This document shows positions 21,554 to 30,900 of a stretch of DNA of 38,193 nt, piece after piece. Positions within the stretch are counted from its first letter, which is position 1; the number at the start of each line of letters is the position of its first letter. Origin of the DNA: a virus. Its lineage: Duplodnaviria > Heunggongvirae > Uroviricota > Caudoviricetes. The stretch is taken from the IMG/VR virus record IMGVR_UViG_3300048586_000134, positions 89,703-127,895 of that record, one strand, 5' to 3'. Under the pieces are notes generated by a model that worked only from the letters and a program-made list of their open reading frames with translations, searched no databases and was not told the DNA's origin. The translations under genes were made by a program, and so were the position numbers.

Positions 21554-21808
21554 ATGGAAGAGATTGTTGAAGAGTTCGAGCAAGAAGGTCAGAAACCTAC
21601 TCCGACAAAAGAAGTCTGGCAGCGTGCGGCACGTACGATCATCCAGCTTATTGCCGCAGGAGGTTTGACAGCCTTGACGGATCAGATCGCGAGTGACCTT
21701 CCAGCTAACTACGCTGTGTACTTCATGATTCTGTACACCGCAGTTGTCTCGTGGTCACAGAACTACCTTGAGAGCAAGGAAGTTATTCCGACGATTCTCA
21801 AAAAGTAA
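21554..21808 (+). CDS. Holin-like protein
   Basis: WQRAARTIIQ plus two TM helices, resembling r1t-type holins. Confidence 0.6.
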   Translation: MEEIVEEFEQEGQKPTPTKEVWQRAARTIIQLIAAGGLTALTDQIASDLPANYAVYFMILYTAVVSWSQNYLESKEVIPTILKK

Positions 21809-21839
21809 CATACACGGCTGTCAATGGCGACAGCCACTC

Positions 21840-21879
21840 GGGAAGGTCGCTATGGTAGCGTAGGAGCCTCCAAAACTCC
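21840..21879 (+). pseudogene. 5' half of a split tRNA-Trp(CCA)
   Basis: GGGAAGG, D hairpin, GGAG-c-CTCCAAA-a-CTCC. Confidence 0.75.
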
Positions 21880-21890
21880 AAGGAGTCGCA

Positions 21891-22244
21891 ATGAGTAGTG
21901 CTGAATGGAAGCAAGCAAACGCAGAAAAGATGCGTGAGTATCGTAGAACACACTACGCCAACAACAAAGAAGCCTATAGCTCAAACGTTCTCAAACGCAA
22001 GAAAGAGACGCAAGAATGGCTTCGTTCGCTGAAGGCTGGAAAATCGTGTCGATATTGCACAGAGTCTTACGCGGCTTGTCTCGATTATCATCATCGTGAT
22101 GGTACAGAGAAAAAGTTCAACATTGCAAAAGCGGCTACTAATGGGTATAGTAGAGAAACAATCCTCAAAGAGATTGCCAAGTGTGATCTGATCTGTGCGA
22201 ATTGTCACAGAAAGTTGCACGATGGTTTTTATGGCGACTTTTAG
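21891..22244 (+). CDS. HNH endonuclease (family A)
   Basis: CRYC...LDYHHRD...KCDLICANCHRKLH. Confidence 0.9.
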   Translation: MSSAEWKQANAEKMREYRRTHYANNKEAYSSNVLKRKKETQEWLRSLKAGKSCRYCTESYAACLDYHHRDGTEKKFNIAKAATNGYSRETILKEIAKCDLICANCHRKLHDGFYGDF

Positions 22245-22256
22245 GAGTCGCCTCTT

Positions 22257-22328
22257 GTGGACTTGGTGTAACGGTAACATGCACGTCTCCAAAACGTGAA
22301 GATAGGGGTTCAAATCCTCTAGGCCACG
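22257..22328 (+). tRNA. tRNA-Trp(CCA)
   Basis: CCA 22289-22291, G73. Confidence 0.9.
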
Positions 22329-22353
22329 CCGATTGTTTCTCTTAGGTTCAAGA

Positions 22354-22381
22354 ACGGGTTCGATTCCTGTCCGTCCCGCCA
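22354..22381 (+). pseudogene. 3' half of the split tRNA-Trp
   Basis: ACGGG-TTCGATT-CCTGT, then CCGTCCC-G-CCA, which pairs 6/7 with GGGAAGG at 21840. Confidence 0.78.
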
Positions 22382-22471
22382 ACAGCCGCCCTCCGTCGAT
22401 TCGCAAAGCGAGAGGGAAGCGACGGCGATGAGCGTTCTTCAGGGTGTTATGGCGTTACATAAGGCCCAAAT

Positions 22472-22547
22472 GTCCGTATCGCATAATGGAGATGCAACAG
22501 CCTTCGAAGCTGTGGGAATGCGGGTTCGAGTCCTGCTACGGACGCCA
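22472..22547 (+). tRNA. tRNA-Arg(TCG)
   Basis: TCG 22504-22506, encoded CCA. Confidence 0.92.
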
Positions 22548-22574
22548 GCGTGTTCGATTAATGAGGAGGAGCTT

Positions 22575-22676
22575 ATGGACATACTCGTAAAACTTGGATG
22601 CTTTTTCACAATCGGCTGTCTTTTCTGGCTCTTTGTGTTCATCCTTATTTTTGCTAAGTACGCTCAAGGAGGTTGA
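22575..22676 (+). CDS. 33-aa membrane peptide
   Basis: GAGGAGG RBS. Confidence 0.6.
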   Translation: MDILVKLGCFFTIGCLFWLFVFILIFAKYAQGG

Positions 22677-22946
22677 ATGGTTCAACAATATGTCAAGAAA
22701 CCGATTCCCGTTGATGCGATCAAAATCACGGAAGATAACATTCAAGACATCGTTCTCTGGTCTCAAGGAGCAGTTCGCTGGGATGCCGAACATTCCCGAA
22801 TGGTCATTAACACATGGGAAGGTACTGTGTGGGCTGGTTTTGGGGATTATATTATTCGCGGCATTCGTGGCGAATTTTACCCGCATAACGGAGCGCTCTT
22901 TGAAGAGGTTTACGAACCCGTTACATCAGAGAATCCAAACGCTTGA
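22677..22946 (+). CDS. Phage hypothetical protein (YVKKPIPVDA...GDYIIRGIRGEFYP type)
   Basis: Motif familiar from phage proteins; GGAGG RBS. Confidence 0.82.
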   Translation: MVQQYVKKPIPVDAIKITEDNIQDIVLWSQGAVRWDAEHSRMVINTWEGTVWAGFGDYIIRGIRGEFYPHNGALFEEVYEPVTSENPNA

Positions 22947-23103
22947 ATCGGCACTTCTTGAATCGGAATCGACATGCGAAGAGTTTGAGAAAATTTACGC
23001 ATTTCAGGAACGAGCATACAAAAAGTCGATCCAGCATACACGCCTCCTGGCGTCGTTGATGGTGGCTATTATGTTTGTCTTTCTCGTTATCCGTTTGTTC
23101 TAA
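22900..23103 (+). CDS. Hypothetical protein with C-terminal TM helix
   Basis: Start uncertain (TTG 22900); the longer ORF-track call overlaps the previous gene. Confidence 0.45.
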   Translation: MKRFTNPLHQRIQTLESALLESESTCEEFEKIYAFQERAYKKSIQHTRLLASLMVAIMFVFLVIRLF

Positions 23104-23154
23104 AGGAGGATGAGGGTAGGTGCTTTTTGCTAACGACTGAAAGGAGTCAACAGC

Positions 23155-23583
23155 ATGAGTAGGGCAAAAGAACAGGCAGAGCTACTTGGACAAAGTTTTG
23201 GATCAGCTAACTCTCGCCTGCGTAAGAACATCATTTTTCATTTATTGGAACGCCTCGGTGAGAATGTGTGTTACGTTTGTGGTGAGGTTATTGAGGTGTC
23301 TGATGACCTCTCGGTTGAACACATTAAACCTTGGGAAAAGCGATCAGCAGAATTATTTTGGGCGCTGGACAACATTGCATTCAGTCATCGTAAATGTAAT
23401 AGACCACACAGCGGAGGAGAAAAGCGAAGAATTGAAAGCCCTGAAGGAAAGGCTTGGTGCGGCTCTTGTAGGCAACATCGTGATCGTGAAGATTTTGGAA
23501 AGAAACACGCTCGCTGGAATGGTTTACAACCTTATTGCAGAGATTGTAAAAAAGAAAGCGATGCCCGATATTATCGTGGGTAG
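23155..23583 (+). CDS. HNH endonuclease with C-terminal Zn module (family C)
   Basis: CYVC...LSVEHIKPW...LDNIAFSHRKCN; stop inside the tRNA-Ser acceptor. Confidence 0.85.
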   Translation: MSRAKEQAELLGQSFGSANSRLRKNIIFHLLERLGENVCYVCGEVIEVSDDLSVEHIKPWEKRSAELFWALDNIAFSHRKCNRPHSGGEKRRIESPEGKAWCGSCRQHRDREDFGKKHARWNGLQPYCRDCKKESDARYYRG

Positions 23584-23661
23584 GTGGCATAATGGTAGTG
23601 CAATAGTTTCGAAAACTATCCAAGGTCAAATCTTGTGCAGGTTCGAATCCTGTCCTACCCG
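23578..23661 (+). tRNA. tRNA-Ser(CGA)
   Basis: CGA 23610-23612, long variable arm, G73. Confidence 0.92.
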
Positions 23662-23665
23662 CTGA

Positions 23666-23697
23666 TGAGTCTTGACCGAGTAGGAAGGTACACGTTT
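23666..23697 (+). pseudogene. 5' half of a split tRNA-Ser
   Basis: TGAGTCT-TG-ACC-GAGTAGGAA-GGT-A-CACGT-TT. Confidence 0.8.
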
Positions 23698-23701
23698 TAC
23701 G

Positions 23702-24103
23702 ATGAGAAGTTGTTTAGTGTGTGGTAATTCCACGAGTAAAAATTCAAAGGGTTGTTGTAGTGTCATCTGCCGCAAGCAGTTAGAGCACAAGCAGTATATC
23801 GAACGGTGGTATGCTGGTTTAGAGACTGGTAATAAACCATCTGGTGCGAGCATTTCACCGTATGTCAGAAAACATCTTTTTGAGACACACAACAACCGCT
23901 GTCAGAAATGCGGCTGGGGGGAATTAAATCCGTTTACTGGTAACATTCCACTGCAAGTTCATCACATCAATGGTGACTCCCTCGACAGCGTTCCTGACAA
24001 TCTTGAATTACTGTGTCCGAATTGCCACGCACTAACCAATTTCTTCGGTAACTTAAACAAAGGTCGAGGACGACCAAGACGGTATGGGAAGCTGGCAGAG
24101 TAG
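23702..24103 (+). CDS. HNH endonuclease (family B)
   Basis: CQKC...LQVHHINGD...NLELLCPNCHA; last codons encode the tRNA-Ser 5' end. Confidence 0.9.
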   Translation: MRSCLVCGNSTSKNSKGCCSVICRKQLEHKQYIERWYAGLETGNKPSGASISPYVRKHLFETHNNRCQKCGWGELNPFTGNIPLQVHHINGDSLDSVPDNLELLCPNCHALTNFFGNLNKGRGRPRRYGKLAE

Positions 24104-24174
24104 TAATGCAGCGCTTTGGAAAGGCGTAGGCGCTGATGAAGCGTCCACGAGTGCAAATCTCGTGCTTCCCTCCA
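24086..24174 (+). tRNA. tRNA-Ser(GGA)
   Basis: GGA 24118-24120, long variable arm, T loop TGCAAAT, encoded CCA. Confidence 0.85.
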
Positions 24175-24178
24175 TCGT

Positions 24179-24231
24179 TAACGTGAGTCGTGTATGCGCA
24201 CGCGTGGGTGCAATCCCCACAGGCTCAGCCA
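24179..24231 (+). pseudogene. 3' half of the split tRNA-Ser
   Basis: ACGTG pairs with CACGT; variable arm; GTGGG-TGCAATC-CCCAC; AGGCTCA-G-CCA pairs 7/7 with TGAGTCT. Confidence 0.82.
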
Positions 24232-24244
24232 AAAGGAGGTTACT

Positions 24245-24472
24245 ATGCATAATGATCGATTCTTCTATTACGATAGCGTCCTCCACGATAACTACAGGAT
24301 GGACGAAGACTTCTATGCTCACGAAATTGGCGTCGTGCTACGGAACAGTAAAACAGGCGGTTATCTCGCGGTGCTGTATGAGCCAGAGCAGGAAGCCGAA
24401 TTTGATGAGCATGATGATGCCTTGGAGTGGTTAATCGAGACCTATCTCGAAGGTGAGCAATGTTCACAGTAG
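24245..24472 (+). CDS. Hypothetical acidic protein
   Basis: AAGGAGG RBS, ATG 24245. Confidence 0.72.
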   Translation: MHNDRFFYYDSVLHDNYRMDEDFYAHEIGVVLRNSKTGGYLAVLYEPEQEAEFDEHDDALEWLIETYLEGEQCSQ

Positions 24473-24828
24473 ATGCGGTGGTCGCTCATTTTGTCGGAGA
24501 TTACTTTCTACAAAGTAATAAAATGTCAGTCGAGAAAACGAAGAAGTGGAGGGTTGCAGCGTGGCACGGTCTTACCTACAGTCTGCCCTTTATCTTGCTC
24601 GATCCTTCCTTGATTGCCTTTCTGATTATCTTGGGAACGCATATCATCATCGACCGTCTTAGATTGACGACCTACATCTCATGGTTTCGCAATGGAGCGA
24701 ACTACGACCGAACAGCAAACTACGGTTATCCGCCAGAGGTTCCTGCCTTTCTGTCGATCTGGCTTATGATTCTCGTGGACAATCTTACGCATATTTTGAT
24801 AAACGGTTTGGCGCTCTATTACTTCTAG
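24460..24828 (+). CDS. DUF3307-like membrane protein
   Basis: AHFVGDYFLQ, HGLTY, THIIID, DNLTH. Confidence 0.75.
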   Translation: MFTVDAVVAHFVGDYFLQSNKMSVEKTKKWRVAAWHGLTYSLPFILLDPSLIAFLIILGTHIIIDRLRLTTYISWFRNGANYDRTANYGYPPEVPAFLSIWLMILVDNLTHILINGLALYYF

Positions 24829-24837
24829 GAGCGCTTT

Positions 24838-24921
24838 TGGCAGTTGGCCGAGTGGTAAGGCGCTTGTTTTGAACGCAAGTGAGGGGTAACACCTACGCGG
24901 GTTCGAGTCCTGCACTGCCAG
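24838..24921 (+). tRNA. tRNA-Ser(TGA)
   Basis: TGA 24870-24872, long variable arm, G73. Confidence 0.92.
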
Positions 24922-24957
24922 CCGATAAGGTATTTAGCTGATAAGGATGATGATTTT

Positions 24958-27900
24958 ATGGAGCACACAGATCGCGACCAATTAGCTCGTGCCTTGCACG
25001 GTGGACGTGCGACTGAAATTGAAGCAGCGCTTCGAGATGTTATTTCTGACTTCGTGCGTGATCAAACAGATGTGCGGCAGGCGGTCGCGGATGTCATCTA
25101 CCAAATGGGTATGGGTGATATCGATGCGGGTGTTATCTCGGTTAATGGAAGACTCGGAACGGTTGTCCTCACACAAGACGCCATTCCTGACGGCAACAAC
25201 GCCAAGCAGTTTTCCATTTTCGACAAGGCCAAGCTCGACTCTGTTGCAATTGGCGCAACCGCAAACCAGACCGACGCCTTTTTGGTTAGTCGGGCAAATC
25301 ATACAGGAACACAGTCCGCTGATACCATTGTCAACGGTGTAACCAACAAGGTACTTACGGCGGCTGAAAAAGCAAAACTCACCAGCATGAATGCAGGAGC
25401 AACGGTCAACTCCCCCGACAGCTTTCTCCTGAATCGGGCGAACCACACTGGAACGCAGTCGGCAGCAACCATCTCCGACCTTTCCAATGTGGTTCGTTCT
25501 ATTTTGGCTGATATCAGTATTGCGGTTTCGTCAGTTAACGGTCAGGGTGGCGATGTTGTCCTTGATCTTGATGACATTCTTGCTGGACAACTGAACAAGC
25601 ACTTCACAGAAGCCGAAAAAGTCAAGCTCCTCGGGATTGCTTCTGGTGCGACGGCGAACAACACGGACGCATTTCTTACGAATCGTGCGAATCACACAGG
25701 TACGCAATCGTCTACAACCATCGCGGATTTCGACACGGCAGTTGCCACGAATACGTTTGTCGCCGCAGCGACCGCTGCTCGACACACGCACGCGAACAAG
25801 TCTGTTCTTGATAATGTAACAGCGGCATACACAACCACTGAGCAAACAAAGCTCGCGGGTATTGCTCCAAACGCAACCGCGAACGCCTCGGATGCGCAGC
25901 TACGGGACCGCTCCACACATACAGGAACACAGGCTCCTGATACGATTGACGGTCTTGCGGAGACGATTCTCGACACCGTAGGGAACTCACTCATCGCTGG
26001 CGACAATATTAGCATCGTTTATGATGACGAGGGTGATACCGTCAACTTTGTGGTTTCCGCCACGAGTGGGGCAGTTTCGTCCGTCAACGGTCAAACGGGT
26101 ATCGTGGCGCTCGATCAGGACGACATTCCTGATGGAACAACTGCAAAGCAGTTCACTGCAACCGAGAAGACGAAACTCTCGGGAATTGCGACAGGAGCGA
26201 CAGCGAACTCGACTGACGCTCAGCTTCGAAGCCGCGCAACCCACACAGGAACGCAGACGGCATCGACCATCAGCGATTTCGATCTGGCGGTCTCTCAGAA
26301 CACGACCGTCCAAGCGAACACCACAGCACGCCACTCGCACACAAACAAGGCATTGCTTGACAGCTACAACCGCACCAACGAAGAGATTTCAAATGCGGTT
26401 GCGATTGCACACTCACACACAAACGGCGCAGTTCTCAACGCTACGACGGCTTCATTCACAACGGCACTCAAGACCAAGCTCGACGGTATCGCGACAGGGG
26501 CAACAGCAAACGACACTGATGCCAACCTTCGTAGCCGTGCGACACACACTGGCACGCAACCATCGACAACCATCTCGGACTTTGCAGAAGCAGTTCGGGA
26601 CACGATGGGAGTAGCGCTGGTCGCTGGTACGAACATCACAATTACTCCTGACGATGCTGCGAACACGATTACCATCAACTCAACCGCAAGTACGAGTGGT
26701 GAGGTAGAATCGGTTAACGGGCAGATAGGAATTGTCGTTCTCGATCAGGATGATATTCTTGACGGCACCACGGCTAAGCAATTCACGGCGACAGAGAAAA
26801 CGAAGCTCGCTGGAATCGCGACCGCCGCAACCGCAAACAGCACTGACGCGCAATTACGTGATCGTGCGACACATACGGGAACACAGCTTTCCTCCACGAT
26901 CAGCAACTTCCAGACAAGCGTTTCCGCGAATACGGACGTTGCTGCGAACACCACGGCTCGACACACGCACACCAATAAGACCATCCTCGATGCAGTCACC
27001 GCAGCCTTCACGACAGCGGATGAAACCAAGCTCGACGGTATCCAGGCTGGCGCTACAGTTAATGCGACCGATGCGGCTCTTCGTGACCGCACAACGCATA
27101 CAGGCACACAACCCTCCACGACGATTTCCGATTTCTCGGAAGCCGTACGTGACACGATGGGTCTGGCATTGGTGGCGGGTGATAACGTTACGATCACTCC
27201 TGATGACAACGCGAACACCATCACCATTACCTCGGTTGCGGGTGGACAGGTTGACTCGGTAAACGGACAGACTGGTAATGTGACGCTGACGCAGGATGAC
27301 GTGGCAGATGGACTGATTGCGAAGCAGTTCACGGTATCTGAGGAAACCAAGCTGGCAGGGATTGCCGCTGGTGCGACTGTTAATGATACCGATGCAGCGC
27401 TCCGTGACCGTTCGACGCACACAGGAACACAAACTGCATCAACGATCAGCGACTTCCAGACAACGGTAAGCGCGAATGCGACGGTAGCTGCAAATACGGC
27501 AGCGAGACACACGCATACGAACCAAGCCGTTCTCGACGCAACAACCGCATCCTTTACACTTGCTGACGAAAGCAAGCTCGACGGCGTTCAAGCAGGAGCT
27601 ACCGCAAACGCGTCAGATTCGTCTCTAAGGGATCGAAGTACCCACACAGGTACGCAGACATCAAATACGATTTCTGACCTCTCTGAGACGATCCTAGAGC
27701 GCGTGGGAGGCATCCTACAAGCAGGTGCCAATGTTACCCTGACGCCAAACACCGAAACAGACACCATTACCATTGCCGCAATTGTCGAAAGTGGTATGGG
27801 TGAGGTTAATTCGGTCAATGGTGCTACGGGTGTTGTTACCCTCGACACCGACGACATTCCAAGCGGTACAGTTACGTCACAGTACACGAACACCGAGAAG

Positions 27901-30900
27901 ACAAAGCTCGCAGGTATCCAGAGTGGTGCAACCGCGAATGCAACCGATGCTCAACTACGTGATCGTAGTACGCATACGGGAACGCAATTGGCGTCCACCA
28001 TTTCTGACTTCCAGACGGCGGTTTCCGCCAACGCCGATCTAGTGGCTCTGGTTGGTCATGACCACGACGCGGACTATGCCGCACTCGTTCACGACCACGA
28101 TGGGCGCTACTACACAGAGACGGAAGTTAACACGCTCCTGACTGGAAAATCAGACACAACTCACAATCATGACGCCGAGTACGCGACAATTGGTCACGAT
28201 CACGATCTTGACTATGCGTTGATTGCGCACGGTCATGTTATCGCTGATGTAACTGGACTCCAAACCGCACTCGACGGAAAAGCAGCAACCACTCATAATC
28301 ACGATCTGACGTATGCACCGATTGTGCACACGCACGACGAGTATGCGACGGATGCTGATTTGACGGCTGGTTTGGCAACAAAGTCAAATACGACGCATAT
28401 CCATGACGACCGCTACTACACAGAAACGGAAGTTGATGATGCGCTTGTTTTGAAAGCAAATGCTGATCACACACACGCCGATCTGGTTACGGATGCTGAG
28501 TTTGCAACGGCTCTAGCGGGAAAGAGTGACACAACCCACAATCACGATACTGTGTACGCGGCTCTTAGCCACGGACATGTTATTGCTGATGTTACGGGTT
28601 TGCAGGCGGCTCTCGATGCGAAGGCCGCAGCAGGACACAACCACGATTCGGCTTATGCCGCCCTTGTTCATGGTCACGTTATCGGAGACGTTACAGGTCT
28701 TCAGACGGCGTTGGATGGTAAGGCTTCAACATCGCACAATCACGATCTGGTTTACTCCGCAATCGGACACACGCATAGCGATCTGGTTACGGACGCGGAA
28801 CTGGCAACCGCACTTTCGGGTAAGGCTGATACAGTTCACGATCACGACACGCGGTACTATACTGAAACCGAAACGGACACGTTGCTTGCGGGTAAAGCGA
28901 ATACCGTGCATACGCACGACGACCGATACTTTACTGAATCGGAAGTAACGACCTTACTAGCTGGCAAGAGTGACACGACACACAACCACGATGCAGCGTA
29001 TGCGGTTATTGGACACAATCATGACAGTGCCTATGCAAGTATAACACACGATCACGACACCGACTATGCCGCGCTCGTACATGATCATGATGGTCGCTAC
29101 TATACGGAAACAGAAGTTGATGACGCGCTCGTGCTGAAAGCTGACGCGGATCATTTGCACACAGGAGTCTATGCCCCTGTTGCGCATGACCACGACCTTG
29201 ATTATGCAGCTATCGGACATCTTCACGATGACCGCTACTTTACTGAAACCGAGGTAACGGACGCGCTCGCCGCAAAAGCAAATGTAGCACACATGCACGC
29301 CATTGCGGATACAACGGGACTTCAGGCCGCACTAGATGGTAAAGCGGCAACCGTCCATAACCACGACGCGGCATACGCTGCTCTTGTGCATGGTCATGCT
29401 ATTACCGACGTAACTGGTCTACAGACGGCTCTTGATGGAAAGGCTGCAACAGGACACGATCACGATCTGGACTACGCAGCAATCGATCATACACACGCTG
29501 ATCTGGTAACAGATGGTGAGTTTGCGACAGCGCTTGCAGGAAAGTCCGATATAGCGCACACGCATGACGGTCGATATTACACCGAGACAGAAGTTGATAC
29601 CTTCCTGGCTGGCAAGTCTGATACGACGCATAATCACGATGCCGCATATGCGGCTCTTGGTCACAACCATGACGCCGACTACGCGGACATTGCGCACAAT
29701 CACGACCTAGACTATGCGGATATTGCCCACCTCCACGACGGTCGTTATTACACAGAGACCGAAATTGATACGGCGTTGGCGCTGAAGTCAGATACTACAC
29801 ATAATCACGCTGGCGTCTATGCACCGACTGTCCACGATCATGACTCACGTTATTACACGGAGACGGAAATTGATACGGCTCTAGCTGGTAAAGCAAACAC
29901 AACGCACGCGCACGCCATTGCGGATGTGACCAATTTGCAGTCCAGTCTTGACGGTAAAGCAAGCAGCACGCATAACCACGATCTTGTGTATGCGGCTATC
30001 GGCCACAACCACGATGCGGCATACTCCGCACTTGGTCACAATCACGATGATCGCTACTTTACGGAATCCGAAGTCACAACCGCTCTGGCAGGGAAGTCAG
30101 ATACGGGCCACACGCACACAGCGGCCAATGTTACCGACTTCAACACGGCGGCGGATGCTCGCATTACTGCTCAGAAGGGTGTCGCGAGCGGACTGGCAAC
30201 GCTTGACGGTTCTGGTAAGATTCCAACGACGCAGATTCCTCCGATTGCGATGACTGACGTTTCGGTTGTGGCGTCTCAGGCGGCACAATTGGCACTGACC
30301 TCGCAAGAGGGTGACGTTGTTATTCGAACCGACCTCAATCGCACCTACATTCACAACGGCGGCAGCGCGGGGACAATGGCCGATTGGACTGAAATGGCGA
30401 CTCCAACCGATGTCGTTCAGAGCGTCAATGGTCAGACTGGCGTTGTCACCCTGACGACGACCAATGTGAATGAGGGAACCAACCTTTACTACACCGAAGC
30501 AAGAGTCAACGCCAACACGAATGTCGCTGCGAATACGTCTGCACGTCACTCGCACAGCAACAAGGCAACTCTTGACGCGGTGACAGCGGCGTTCACGACG
30601 GCGCTGAATACGAAGCTGACTGGAATCGAGACAGGAGCGGATGTCACGGACGCTGCGAATGTCGATGCCGCAGGAGCGGTCATGAATACGGATACCACGA
30701 CAGCAGCAATGCAGTTCGTGGTTGATGAAGACAGCATGACCTCCAATAGCGCAACCAAGGTTCCAACCCAGCAGAGTGTCAAGGCGTATGTGGACACAGG
30801 ACTTGCAACGAAAGCAAGCAGCACGCACAACCATGATGCGACGTATGCAGCGCTCGTGCATGATCACGATAGCCGTTACTACACCGAGACGGAGATTGAC

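Larger units (their letters stand above)
21880..22353 (+). mobile_element. HNH + replacement tRNA-Trp cassette inside a tRNA-Trp gene
   Basis: Sits between matching 5' and 3' halves; AGGAGTCGC direct repeat at 21881 and 22243 flanks the ORF. Confidence 0.7.
23698..24178 (+). mobile_element. HNH + replacement tRNA-Ser(GGA) cassette in the anticodon loop of a tRNA-Ser gene
   Basis: The flanking halves rebuild a complete class II cloverleaf. Confidence 0.78.

Noticed and set aside
7356-23895. Many minus-strand and off-frame ORFs of 60-160 aa containing GFEP, GIEP or DSNP-like words
   Set aside because: They are shadows of tRNA T arms read antisense and lack RBSs.
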